Sequence record: NC_061421.1
Length of the DNA: 64,000 nt
Strand: one strand, 5' to 3'
This document shows positions 1 through 9,426 of the stretch, piece by piece. Each line of letters opens with the position of its first letter. The stretch's first letter is position 1. The notes beneath the pieces are model-generated. The model was not told the origin of the DNA. It saw nothing but the letters and a program-made list of their open reading frames with translations, and did no database searches. The position numbers were made by a program, and so were the translations under genes.

Positions 1-140
1 CAACTTACGATAGTCTGTGACCAATCCGTTTCAATCTCGCCGTCGTCGAAGATAAGACGAAAACGGTCGAAATCATTTTCTTTGGACCAAATTTCCTTTT
101 CTGTCCAATGTGCAATATCTTCAGCCCATTCAACGCGCAT
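1..140 (-). CDS. 5' end (truncated by window edge) of probable nvRNAP beta' C-terminal subunit (phiKZ gp74-like)
   Basis: ATG at 140 overlaps the TAA of the upstream beta gene (TAATG); open frame MRVEWAEDIAHWTEKEIWSKENDFDRFRLIFDDGEIETDWSQTIVS runs off the window; identity from synteny only. Confidence 0.5.
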   Translation of the reverse strand, partial: MRVEWAEDIAHWTEKEIWSKENDFDRFRLIFDDGEIETDWSQTIVS

Positions 141-2413
141 TACTCATCCTCTTCTGTCGCATCGGTGTCCTCTTCCGGAATTTCAAATTCGTCTTCCAGT
201 TCGGGATCTTCAATATAACCTTCCCCATCCGATTCTGCTACATCGGAGAAATCGTCTTTGTAGCCCGGCTTACTTCTGGTCGCTGCACGTATTTTTTCCT
301 CCTCTTCTAAGGTAATATTATCCACGTCCATGTACGCCATTTTAACCCCGGAGCAATACAGCGTGTTATTAAGGTAATTCAACGCCATGCTGTTACCCAA
401 CGGGATTTTCTCTCTGTCGATGCTCTTATCCAGATCCACCGGATTTTCAGCAGAGATAATCTTACTCCACATGTACTCCTGAGCTTTCGGATTATTTGCC
501 CGATCCAACATATCCGCTGCCCATTTGCCACCAACGATCCCGACGTAGTTACGAATCTCCGATTCACCAAAAAGCCGGAACGGAATCTTACGGAATGGTA
601 AGTTGTACCGCTCACGTCCAGATGGTTTGGTAGGAACCCCATGAACCTGGCGTTTGGCAATATCGACCGCGCCCCAGTCATGACCCGTTTTCTCCAGTAC
701 GATAACTTTGATTTCACCAATCATCGTCGGTTTCGTACTAGGGACTCGTTCCCCTAAGTCATTAATCCAGGTGACGTGCTCAACAGGTTCCGGGAAAGCG
801 GCCCGTAAACGCCGACACTGCTCTGCCCCCAGTCCCGGGGTATACGGCGGCATATACGCAAAGATTGCGTCTTCTGCTACCGCATCGACATGTTGTTTAA
901 TGCGTTCAAAGCCCCAGTTTTGCTCGTCGATTTTATCGAGATAAACAGGAGTTGCGGCACGATAATAACGTCGAAGTAGTTCGTAACACTCCAGATAGGT
1001 TTCTTTGGATCGACTTTCCGCCAGCATAGCCCGAATCGGTTTTTCTACGCGCTGTTCTGCAACGTAATTACAGTACTGCTCGATAAACATACTCGGGTTC
1101 ATGCGGTTAGCGATACTGAAACCGTCCACAATTAAATCGGCAGTCGTCCCGTCTGCATATTGTGGCATCTCTGCACGCGGTTTCTTCGCACAAATGACCC
1201 CTTTCATCCCATAGTCGGTTGACAACTTGTAACCGATGGTTGGCGTGATATCGTACATGAAAGAAATCTTCACGTAGAGTGTTGGGATACTTTGTTTCTT
1301 CATGCGAAAACGTCGTTTCCCTTCTGGGGCAGAAGTGAAAACTATGGCGTCGGTAACTAGCCGATGGAGCTTTTTAGACAACGCTGGTTCTTTCCCTTGA
1401 CCAGCCGAACGACGAAGTTGACGATAGACTTTCACGATACTTTCCATGTAACGCATTTTAGCCTTCCAGAGTCGAGTTATCGCGTCGTCTTCACCGTATT
1501 CACGTCCTGTGAATTCTGGCATCAGATCGAGTTTATCGCCATCGGACATCCAGAGATCGATGTCTACGACCCGCGCATCTTCTACACCCGCTTCGATGAA
1601 ATACTTCTCGTCGAAATAATAATCGTACTCCTGCATTGCAGTAGGCGTCATTTCTACTGCCCCTAACATATCGTCATATTCGCGCAAGGCCATCAGAAGA
1701 CCATCTTTACGAATAAGCTCCCCGGGCAGCGGTAAAGGACGATACCGTTTATCGTTACCGTAGCTATTGATCGGGTACTTCCCTTTCGGAATGATGATGG
1801 TCACTTCCCCAAAGCCAGTGGTCTGATTTTCCTTACACCATTCTTCAGAGACCAAGAAACCGTCCTCGGTCACCGCGTGGTGACTTTGAAAGGTTGTTTT
1901 GGTACGCGTAGAATAGATATAATCCCCTTCTGGCGTTACCCCCGGAGAACGGTTTAAACGCACCCCTCGCTGTAGAACCTCTCCTGGCCGCATCAGTTTT
2001 TGATTCTCTATGACCGGGACAAACTTAAAACCAAAACTGGTGTGATGTGAGCAATAGGTGTCGTATTCGAGGTAATCGTACTCCTTCGTTTCGAGGTTTT
2101 TAACGATCAAAATTTTCTTCGGGTTTTCCTTGAAACTCTCCTCTCCACGGCCAACGTCAAATTTATCGATCACAGCGATGACTTCGCAAGGGAATTCGGT
2201 TTTGCATCCGAACGTATATTTCGCGTATTCCTTTTCTACCCCGACAAAGAACCTTGGACGATTGATTCCTTTCGTGATTAATTTCTGTTGAATCTGAGAC
2301 GCTAACATGACCAAACGCGATGGTGAAGTACACACTGCCCAGGGACCAAGATGAGTCGCTGTCCCTATTAAATCAACATCCATTTGATGTTCATTTGCTA
2401 ACTTTTCTTTCAT
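140..2413 (-). CDS. non-virion RNA polymerase beta subunit, C-terminal part (phiKZ gp71-73-like)
   Basis: 757 aa; KLSTDYGMKGVICA, ADLIVDGFSIANRMNPS, KTGHDWG and FRLFGESEIR match conserved RNAP beta C-terminal motifs; position in the Chimalliviridae core block. Confidence 0.9.
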   Translation of the reverse strand: MKEKLANEHQMDVDLIGTATHLGPWAVCTSPSRLVMLASQIQQKLITKGINRPRFFVGVEKEYAKYTFGCKTEFPCEVIAVIDKFDVGRGEESFKENPKKILIVKNLETKEYDYLEYDTYCSHHTSFGFKFVPVIENQKLMRPGEVLQRGVRLNRSPGVTPEGDYIYSTRTKTTFQSHHAVTEDGFLVSEEWCKENQTTGFGEVTIIIPKGKYPINSYGNDKRYRPLPLPGELIRKDGLLMALREYDDMLGAVEMTPTAMQEYDYYFDEKYFIEAGVEDARVVDIDLWMSDGDKLDLMPEFTGREYGEDDAITRLWKAKMRYMESIVKVYRQLRRSAGQGKEPALSKKLHRLVTDAIVFTSAPEGKRRFRMKKQSIPTLYVKISFMYDITPTIGYKLSTDYGMKGVICAKKPRAEMPQYADGTTADLIVDGFSIANRMNPSMFIEQYCNYVAEQRVEKPIRAMLAESRSKETYLECYELLRRYYRAATPVYLDKIDEQNWGFERIKQHVDAVAEDAIFAYMPPYTPGLGAEQCRRLRAAFPEPVEHVTWINDLGERVPSTKPTMIGEIKVIVLEKTGHDWGAVDIAKRQVHGVPTKPSGRERYNLPFRKIPFRLFGESEIRNYVGIVGGKWAADMLDRANNPKAQEYMWSKIISAENPVDLDKSIDREKIPLGNSMALNYLNNTLYCSGVKMAYMDVDNITLEEEEKIRAATRSKPGYKDDFSDVAESDGEGYIEDPELEDEFEIPEEDTDATEEDE

Positions 2414-2489
2414 GGCAGAGTAAGCCCCTTTCTTTCACGATAGCATAAACGTAAGTCTAGACAAAAGCGTCTAGACCACCCTCATTTAA

Positions 2490-2497
2490 GTGATATA
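2490..2497 (-). promoter_or_regulatory. putative phage early promoter core TATATCAC
   Basis: GTGATATA on + strand, 77 nt upstream of the beta gene; recurs upstream of several minus-strand genes; resembles the phiKZ early consensus TATATTAC. Confidence 0.6.
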
Positions 2498-2526
2498 TTC
2501 ATTAACAGTTTTGGAGAAGACGACTG

Positions 2527-2877
2527 ATGGCTGAACCGCTTGTTACTAAACTACGTAACCCGGGACAACCGGCCTACTATACTTTTGGCTGGATTAATTG
2601 CGTAGAAGATCACCTTACTTTCTTACAAGACCCAGGAAATGGAGATGTTTACCGTCCTACTGGGATGGAAAGGTCTCGATACCAGGGTCGCTTTTATGCC
2701 TTTTTACGCGACGTGGCAAAAATGAATCAACCGCAGTATTTTTACCCTTATCTCAGAGCCAACAACATGACGTCACCTGACCAATTTGGCGAAAAACATG
2801 ATTTGTTGATTTTCCCTGATATTAACAAAATAGAACAAATTTATACACGTTATACTGCGTCCCTTCCAACGCAATAA
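2527..2877 (+). CDS. conserved-looking hypothetical protein (possible LysM/tail-X-like small virion protein)
   Basis: 116 aa, GGAG RBS; YLRANNMTSPDQF..LLIFPD resembles tail-X/LysM patterns (weak). Confidence 0.65.
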   Translation: MAEPLVTKLRNPGQPAYYTFGWINCVEDHLTFLQDPGNGDVYRPTGMERSRYQGRFYAFLRDVAKMNQPQYFYPYLRANNMTSPDQFGEKHDLLIFPDINKIEQIYTRYTASLPTQ

Positions 2878-2924
2878 GACCGACTATACTATAGCTTTCT
2901 GGCGTGGAAAATGAGGGTTAAGAC

Positions 2925-2960
2925 AAAAAAATAAGAGAAGAGGGAAAACCTCTTCTCTTA
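2925..2960. terminator. intrinsic terminator between convergent genes
   Basis: 12-bp stem TAAGAGAAGAGG/CCTCTTCTCTTA with A-tract on the left. Confidence 0.8.
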
Positions 2961-2969
2961 TGCATCGAA

Positions 2970-3209
2970 TCAATTAGGCTCAAAGACGTCCGGAGAATAC
3001 GTAAGAAAGTTATCTACGTTCTCGACCGGGATTTCCAAAAAGGCGGCGATTTCTTCACCGGAATATCCTCGCTCTGCAGCAGAAATAACCAGACGATGAA
3101 GATGGTTATCGATAGTGGTGCGAAATAGATTTACTTGCGCCTCAACGTCATCAAGAATCAATTTCACGCCTAAATCACCACCTTCGTTCCAGGGTCTTTT
3201 CATGTTCAC
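2970..3209 (-). CDS. small HTH-like protein
   Basis: 79 aa; AAERGYSGEEIAAFLEIPVENVDNFL fits a sigma70-r4/LuxR-type HTH pattern. Confidence 0.6.
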   Translation of the reverse strand: MNMKRPWNEGGDLGVKLILDDVEAQVNLFRTTIDNHLHRLVISAAERGYSGEEIAAFLEIPVENVDNFLTYSPDVFEPN

Positions 3210-3262
3210 CTCTCAATCAAGACAAATAAAATTGAGAGGGCCGTTAAGCCCTCTCAATGAGA

Positions 3263-4489
3263 CTATCGACGATAACGACCAAAGTCATTACGACCCCGAC
3301 CAAAAGCACTGCGACGGTCGCTGTAATCGTCACGACGCTCTAAGAGGGAACGTGGACGAGATTCGCGACGATCATCATCGTAATCGCGGTCGTCTCGATC
3401 GCCTAAACGACGCAATAAACTTCCTTCGGTACGACGGTCGTAATCACGATCATCACGACGAATCAGGCTTCGCGGCGCATCGCGGTCATCATCGACTGCG
3501 CGCAGAACATGGCGACGACCGCTAGAGACTTCACGGCGCTGTTCCCGTTCTTCACGAACCCGCTCACGGTGCTCTGCCTTTGCCTTTGGTTTAGCCAACT
3601 CATCTTCATTGGCTTCACCCTCGTTACCTTCCAGTGGCGGGATGTCATTACGGTACTCTGACAGTTCCGCCATGTTTTTCACCCAGTTGGTACCGATCAA
3701 AAGACCTTTTACTTCTTCAAAATCGTCAATGAAGGTTTTGGTCACTTTATTGAGATCAAAGGCCAGATTCGCAAATGACATCATTAACGCATGGAAGTTC
3801 GGCGCCACCGAAGATCGACTACCATAGCTATATTCATCGATCGATTTGTCGAACTGCGGGAAGATGTGACGAATCAGGTTGAACAGTGCCGCACGATCAC
3901 GTACACGGAATGTCACGTCGAAGATTTTCTTATCTTCGTTATGTTCCTGATCAGCGATAGGGAAAGTCGCCACTGCTACACGAGAATACTCCTCTCCTTT
4001 CCAGACGCCGCCACGCTTGATGAAGATATTGATAAACGCATTGTCGCCTTTAAAGGTCAGCTTTGCTTTCATCAATTTGCGCGTGTCTTCAACGGTGCGC
4101 TTGTCAGCGTCCGGGATTAAACGCAGGTAATCCCGCTGCTCAGGGGTCAGCTTTGCGTGTTTATCCGTATCAGCCGCCAATTCCATTAAGAAGCAAATCA
4201 GCGTTGTACCAACCTGATACAGACGATTACAAACGCAAAGCGTCAGGCGCTCCAGTACTTCGGATTTCTTACGTTGGGTATTTTCCGAAAGAGGGTGAAA
4301 GGGGATTGTGTTTTCCCAATCCGGATTTTTCAACCACTCGTCGGTCGGTAGAACCAACTGACGTTTGTTCATCGTGAACGGCGCTTTCACGCCGACCTCT
4401 TCGAAATATACCGCGCCTTTTTCATCGACCTCAAACCCCAGTGCGGTCATGATCTCGCGATAAATCGTCGTTAACTTTTTCTTACTCAT
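3263..4489 (-). CDS. Chimalliviridae core-block protein (phiKZ gp70-like position) with R/D-rich disordered tail
   Basis: 408 aa; lies between the PicA-like gene and beta; LPFHPLSEN-like motif (IPFHPLSEN); C-terminal about 100 aa of mixed-charge RD repeats. Confidence 0.75.
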   Translation of the reverse strand: MSKKKLTTIYREIMTALGFEVDEKGAVYFEEVGVKAPFTMNKRQLVLPTDEWLKNPDWENTIPFHPLSENTQRKKSEVLERLTLCVCNRLYQVGTTLICFLMELAADTDKHAKLTPEQRDYLRLIPDADKRTVEDTRKLMKAKLTFKGDNAFINIFIKRGGVWKGEEYSRVAVATFPIADQEHNEDKKIFDVTFRVRDRAALFNLIRHIFPQFDKSIDEYSYGSRSSVAPNFHALMMSFANLAFDLNKVTKTFIDDFEEVKGLLIGTNWVKNMAELSEYRNDIPPLEGNEGEANEDELAKPKAKAEHRERVREEREQRREVSSGRRHVLRAVDDDRDAPRSLIRRDDRDYDRRTEGSLLRRLGDRDDRDYDDDRRESRPRSLLERRDDYSDRRSAFGRGRNDFGRYRR

Positions 4490-4518
4490 TTCTTTTCCTC
4501 AAGGAAAGGGTTATATTC

Positions 4519-6042
4519 TTAGAAACGACTGTTCCCGCCCCAGCTAAAATTCGACAAAGCATCATCGATCGGTTTATCATCCATGGAGAACTGACTGTCT
4601 GCCAGCTCTTGGATAGTTGTCTGGAAATCGTTGGTGATTTTACTGGCGAGATCGAAATCGTCGGTTTTCTGTGGCGAAATCAGACCATCACAATACATCG
4701 GAATAACGTAGAGTTCCTCCGGTTGTCCGTCTAATGAAAGGTTGATTTTAATGTCAGTAATTGCAGAACAGTCGATACTGCAAGTGACGATAATATTGCC
4801 GTTATGCGAAATAGGGTTTGCGACCTGAAACTCAATCAGTTGTCGCACTGCGCTGATATTCGCAGACACGTTAGCACCGGGAATTAATGGTCTTTCCCCG
4901 TAAACCTCAACGTGCATTTCTCCGAGCGGATTATCGTTACTGAACACTACCATCGCATCAGAAATGTGGTTAGTCATCAGGATACTAGGGACCGCCTGAG
5001 AGATAATACGCACTGCTACTGCTTCTGCGCCAGCGCCGCCCAAACTTGCCCCACGACCACGTTCGTAGCTCTGATATCCGCGTTCTTCAACTTGTTTAGG
5101 GTTGATAAAACGAGTTACTGGCTCGCCATGATACGTCTCAGGCCAATCTACCATCCTTGCCATATCGCGAAGACGAATGGTCCCTTCCTGATAAAAATCA
5201 CACTCTTGCAGGAACTGAGTAAACAACGGATTATCTTCCGTTTTACTCACGTTAACTGCGCCAGCTGCCAGTTCAGATTTTGACATTTCTTCCCCAGCGA
5301 AACTGGAATCCGGGTTCCATGAAGGTTGCTCCATAGTTTCCGCCAATACCCCTGCTTTCAGTACCGTAGAGATATAGTCGGAAGCATTGTTCTCACGACG
5401 AGAACCCATTTTGATATCGCCTACAAGATCTGCGCGAGTGTCGATGATCTGATCACCACCGGAGTGATAACGTTGATAGTCGCGGATACCGACATCGTTA
5501 AAAATGTCGTGTGGACGAATAAGGCGTTCGCCTTTATCGCGGCGTAAGCCAACATGACCTTCGCCACGACCACGACCACGAATGATATATTCGGAAGATT
5601 CGATACGAGGGCGCAATACTCGGCCCCGACCCGTATCCAGAATTGTATCACGAATAATCACACTGTTGTTGATAAACAGCTCCATGTTATCGTCTAAATC
5701 CCCGCTGATCGTACTGACGCCGTTATAGTCAGTAAAACCTGTGAGGACCTGACGCTGAGTGGTGCCGTTATAGTCCGAGATTAAAAAGGTGATAATAAAA
5801 CTTAACCGTTTTTCACCCCAACCTCCCGGAATCTCGATCAACGACCCACGTTTTGAGGTCATGGAGATAGCGTCATTAACCATGGACGATAATGTAATCG
5901 AATTGATATTTTTACCATGGTCTGTCGCTTTAAGAATGCGGTCTTTAACACCATTATCGAAATGGGTCGTAAATGAACTTCCGTACTGATCGTCGTAGTT
6001 AGAGGTAGTAAAGAAGATGGCGCTAATGACAGTTGGTTTCAT
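4519..6042 (-). CDS. picA: probable phage-nucleus protein importer PicA/Imp1 (phiKZ gp69-like)
   Basis: 507 aa; immediately downstream of the gp68-like gene in the conserved gp68-gp69-gp70-gp71 order; assignment by synteny and size. Confidence 0.6.
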   Translation of the reverse strand: MKPTVISAIFFTTSNYDDQYGSSFTTHFDNGVKDRILKATDHGKNINSITLSSMVNDAISMTSKRGSLIEIPGGWGEKRLSFIITFLISDYNGTTQRQVLTGFTDYNGVSTISGDLDDNMELFINNSVIIRDTILDTGRGRVLRPRIESSEYIIRGRGRGEGHVGLRRDKGERLIRPHDIFNDVGIRDYQRYHSGGDQIIDTRADLVGDIKMGSRRENNASDYISTVLKAGVLAETMEQPSWNPDSSFAGEEMSKSELAAGAVNVSKTEDNPLFTQFLQECDFYQEGTIRLRDMARMVDWPETYHGEPVTRFINPKQVEERGYQSYERGRGASLGGAGAEAVAVRIISQAVPSILMTNHISDAMVVFSNDNPLGEMHVEVYGERPLIPGANVSANISAVRQLIEFQVANPISHNGNIIVTCSIDCSAITDIKINLSLDGQPEELYVIPMYCDGLISPQKTDDFDLASKITNDFQTTIQELADSQFSMDDKPIDDALSNFSWGGNSRF

Positions 6043-6069
6043 TTCAAGGTTCCTTTTCAGTAGTGCGGT

Positions 6070-7611
6070 TTAGGGTTTAGCAATTACGGAGCGCGTGTTG
6101 ATAAAGATAATGAATTCCGCTAACAGTTGCTTAAAGTTAGGCGGTACCATCATCCCACGATCGCCGTCTTCAATCATGGTACTTTTCTCAGCAATGACGT
6201 CTACGATGTCCCGTTGCCAATAGTTGTTCGCAAATTCATTGTAGAAAGCGTTAACGGCGATTTCTCCTGGTGTCTTCAACGAAGCTTTAGAACGGGCTGT
6301 TCCTAAAGTCGTGTAACGACGATACGGATAGATCTCATTGAAAACGTTTAATTGCTCCTCTTTAATTTGGCCAGCATTAAAGATGGTTTGAATCCGTCCC
6401 TTTTGCGTGGCACCAATTAAATCTGCTAATACAGAAAACCCATTTTGATGCAGATAGACTTGAGCGATCGAAATCAGACCAATCGCACCTGTCCGATCAG
6501 TATGCGGTAACGCACGCGTGACGCTGTGTTGATGCAATGTCACCGCTACCAGCTTTAACTGACATTCAATTGGATTAAAGAACTTACGGGCGTTATTACG
6601 GGAAATGACGGATACTAATAAACCCCGGTCATAATCGTCACCTAAAATACGACTGGCTTTATTACGAAGTTCATGAGCCCAATAATCAAAGGCAATACGC
6701 TCGCCGTCAGATATACTTTCTCTGACTTTGTAGCTCTCAGCCGTAGAAAGATTATCTTCCTCCCCTCCGGAATCTTTAACCATCGTTTTTGGACGTACCT
6801 CGTCTTTACCGCTACGCCCGCCATCACTCGGGAGCTGAGTTTTAATCGCGCTCCACATCTTACTAATCAGATTAACAGTTTCAATCTGGTCATCGTCATC
6901 ATTGTGACTGAGCTGAATCACGGATAAACGACTTACTACCAAATATGCCAGCATCCATTCCGGGATATCGGCAGAACCAATGCCAAAAATAATGTTCTTC
7001 ATACCGGGCGTAGTTCCTGCCACCACGGCATCAACGAATTCTCGAAAACGTTCCATCGGTTGAGATTCCATAATCTCAGTCCGCCGCAATAACTGTAACG
7101 CATAAATTTCTTTATTCGATTCAGCCATCGCCGATTCCATCGCCAAAAACTCAGTCCATACCGGCACCATCGCTTTCAAGGCAATCGACATATACGTCAA
7201 CTGCCGGTAGTCGGGTTCCAAATAAGTCTGTTCTGGCCGATCGTCTTCCAGTAATGTTGTTTTCAAATCGGGCGGTAGGCGAATATCCGAATAATGCCGC
7301 ATCCAGTGCTCAATTAACGCTAACGGAATAAAACGATACAGTTCGATAACGTCTTCGTTCACAAGACGACTTGTAGTATTGAACTCGTAGGCGTTATCGA
7401 GTTTATCCCGGATATTGCGATAAGCAAGGAAAATCTTTTCTTGAACGTCTTCGTCCAAAAAGGCGAAAAAACGATTAATGTCACGAAACGTTGTTTCGTT
7501 CCACGATAATTTTTTCATCTCCCAGAACAAAACGTCGTACGACCCGTGACCCATGCAAAGTACACGTGTTTTTGTTCTTCCGCCTAAACTTTCATCAAAA
7601 TAAAATTGCAT
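6070..7611 (-). CDS. probable nvRNAP promoter-specificity subunit (phiKZ gp68-like)
   Basis: 513 aa, helical; size and position match gp68; own TATATCAC promoter. Confidence 0.65.
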   Translation of the reverse strand: MQFYFDESLGGRTKTRVLCMGHGSYDVLFWEMKKLSWNETTFRDINRFFAFLDEDVQEKIFLAYRNIRDKLDNAYEFNTTSRLVNEDVIELYRFIPLALIEHWMRHYSDIRLPPDLKTTLLEDDRPEQTYLEPDYRQLTYMSIALKAMVPVWTEFLAMESAMAESNKEIYALQLLRRTEIMESQPMERFREFVDAVVAGTTPGMKNIIFGIGSADIPEWMLAYLVVSRLSVIQLSHNDDDDQIETVNLISKMWSAIKTQLPSDGGRSGKDEVRPKTMVKDSGGEEDNLSTAESYKVRESISDGERIAFDYWAHELRNKASRILGDDYDRGLLVSVISRNNARKFFNPIECQLKLVAVTLHQHSVTRALPHTDRTGAIGLISIAQVYLHQNGFSVLADLIGATQKGRIQTIFNAGQIKEEQLNVFNEIYPYRRYTTLGTARSKASLKTPGEIAVNAFYNEFANNYWQRDIVDVIAEKSTMIEDGDRGMMVPPNFKQLLAEFIIFINTRSVIAKP

Positions 7612-7645
7612 TCGATTTTTCCTCGGTTGTACTGCCTTCAGTAAG

Positions 7646-7653
7646 GTGATATA
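7646..7653 (-). promoter_or_regulatory. putative early promoter TATATCAC
   Basis: motif 35 nt upstream of the 7611 start, preceded on the minus strand by a T-rich tract. Confidence 0.65.
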
Positions 7654-7672
7654 TACACGAAAACAAATGGAA

Positions 7673-7698
7673 CCGAGTGAGTCCGCGGACTCACTCGG
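7673..7698. terminator. perfect 26-bp palindrome, probable terminator of the chmC-like gene
   Basis: CCGAGTGAGTCCGCGGACTCACTCGG is its own reverse complement; 15 nt downstream of the stop. Confidence 0.65.
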
Positions 7699-7713
7699 GT
7701 AACCCTATTTTGT

Positions 7714-8517
7714 TTACCAAGGAACGTCGTTATCGAAGTCGCCTTGCGCTGCAGGCGCTGAGGCCGGAGCAGAAGCCCCGCTGTTGTTATTCCAGCTATT
7801 TTGTTGAGACTGCTGACCACCGCCGTTCCAGTTCCCGCCACCTTGACGTTTCGCAAAGTTTTGTTGGTTCTGTTGTTTGTTACGATCTTTCGCTTCCTGG
7901 AGTTCCTGATCGGACATGTAACCCGCTTTTAGCATAGAGTTGACATGATCCCACCAGATATCGGCGCGTGCGCGAGCGGAAAGCTCAGATACGTAACCGT
8001 TAGTAAGAACTTCACCGGACGCTAAACGCAACTGTGTCATCTTCGGCGGAACAAAATAGAACTTGATATTGTCCCGACCTTTCATACTGAGACCGATAAA
8101 GACACCTTCTTGGTCTTTACCGACAACCACCATCACTTCGGTCTCTGGGCGATCCAGTTTTTTACCGAACATGAAAGTCGACATACTTTCCAGTTTCATA
8201 ATGTTATCGGGTAGGCGTCCCAACGCCGCGTCCTCGATAGCCATGGTGATCATTCTGAATTGACTGATGGTAGGGAAGAAATCGATTTTCCCTTCTCGTC
8301 CCTGTTTACGCAAGTTAACGCCCATTTTGATATCACGGACTTTAACGTGGTTACCGTCAACTTTGTGATAACGGAAATCAACAAAAAGAAACGGTTCTTT
8401 GCCATCGCTGCTTGCAGTAGCGGGTGCACTCAGCCGGCAATCCCAGGCATCCATTGCACGTAACGGACGACCAAGGTCAAAGTTGTTATTGTAAGCCATA
8501 GCTAGCCTTATTTTCAC
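7714..8517 (-). CDS. chmC: probable ChmC-like nucleic-acid-binding protein with G/Q/N-rich tail and SSB-like acidic tip (start may be ATG 8499)
   Basis: 267 aa; beta-rich N-domain plus low-complexity tail ending GDFDNDVPW; directly upstream of the gp68-like gene, as for PhiPA3 ChmC. Confidence 0.6.
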   Translation of the reverse strand: MKIRLAMAYNNNFDLGRPLRAMDAWDCRLSAPATASSDGKEPFLFVDFRYHKVDGNHVKVRDIKMGVNLRKQGREGKIDFFPTISQFRMITMAIEDAALGRLPDNIMKLESMSTFMFGKKLDRPETEVMVVVGKDQEGVFIGLSMKGRDNIKFYFVPPKMTQLRLASGEVLTNGYVSELSARARADIWWDHVNSMLKAGYMSDQELQEAKDRNKQQNQQNFAKRQGGGNWNGGGQQSQQNSWNNNSGASAPASAPAAQGDFDNDVPW

Positions 8518-8569
8518 GGTTAAGAAAAGGGTTATCGTATTAACTGTCTGACGCGTAAAAACCGAGTCT

Positions 8570-9415
8570 TCAGAGCAGTCGTTTCAAATGCTCAGCGGTG
8601 TAACGGTCGCTCATCCAACCCAGATTTAGTTTGATTTTGTCTGTGGTGGTCATTGTGGTCCATTTAAACCGTTCTGCCAGTTCAAGGACTGCTTCACGAA
8701 CAGCTTTGGGGTAACGCATAAAAAGAATGTTTCGGTCTCCAAAGACCTGAATGGTGAATTCGTTGAAAGGTATCCGCGGATAGAGTTTCCCGTCTGTCAG
8801 TTTAGTGTTCCATTGACTCTTCGATTTAATTGCACCAGAGTAGGATTCGATTAATCGAAGTTGGGTGAACGCGGTGCGCGAGAGTAGATCAACGGGGTAA
8901 TGCGTGAGAATTAAAGCTTTCACAGGTTCGCCTTTTAATTGGGAACCTTTATCGAAGTCTAAATACTGACCAATCGGTCTGCGAAGTACCTCATCAATTA
9001 CATTGTCCATGAGAAAATGATATGTCTTTTGTAACGGCGTTTTAGGTGTAAATAGAATAGCACCAGGGAAACGCCGTAAGAGATCTCCGTACTCTCGATG
9101 GTACAATGTAACTTTGTCCAATTTCCCTTGTCCATATTGCAGGATTTGTTGAAGTTCTTCCTCGAGGGTATCAGCAAATCCCACAACAGTTTCTCGCATA
9201 GTTCGGTTACTTTTATCTTGCCCTAACGCCGAGACTAATGCCTTTCGGTCTTCTCCGTCCAAAGCGTCGTAAATATTACGATACAATGTACGGGTGTTTA
9301 TCCAGAGCCCGCCATAGCGTTTATTAGGCTCCAGCGTTTCCATGGCCAAGCTGGTACCGATGCTGAGCGGGAGTTCCCCTACCGCTCTGCGGGCAAGGAT
9401 ATCATAGACGTTCAT
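8570..9415 (-). CDS. conserved core-block hypothetical protein (possible 5'-3' exonuclease/PIN-like fold)
   Basis: ORF track 8570..9430; GAGG RBS favours ATG 9415; LPLSIGTSLA and LWINTRTLYRN look like conserved phiKZ-like motifs; function weakly supported. Confidence 0.65.
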   Translation of the reverse strand: MNVYDILARRAVGELPLSIGTSLAMETLEPNKRYGGLWINTRTLYRNIYDALDGEDRKALVSALGQDKSNRTMRETVVGFADTLEEELQQILQYGQGKLDKVTLYHREYGDLLRRFPGAILFTPKTPLQKTYHFLMDNVIDEVLRRPIGQYLDFDKGSQLKGEPVKALILTHYPVDLLSRTAFTQLRLIESYSGAIKSKSQWNTKLTDGKLYPRIPFNEFTIQVFGDRNILFMRYPKAVREAVLELAERFKWTTMTTTDKIKLNLGWMSDRYTAEHLKRLL

Positions 9416-9426
9416 GGCAAATTCCC

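Noticed and set aside
3115-3525. His/Asp/Arg-rich plus-strand ORF
   Set aside because: Reverse complement of the RD-repeat tail; no independent start signals.
3263-3600. GACGAT/CGT-rich short repeats as a possible CRISPR or satellite array
   Set aside because: Coding low-complexity repeats with no constant repeat-spacer periodicity.
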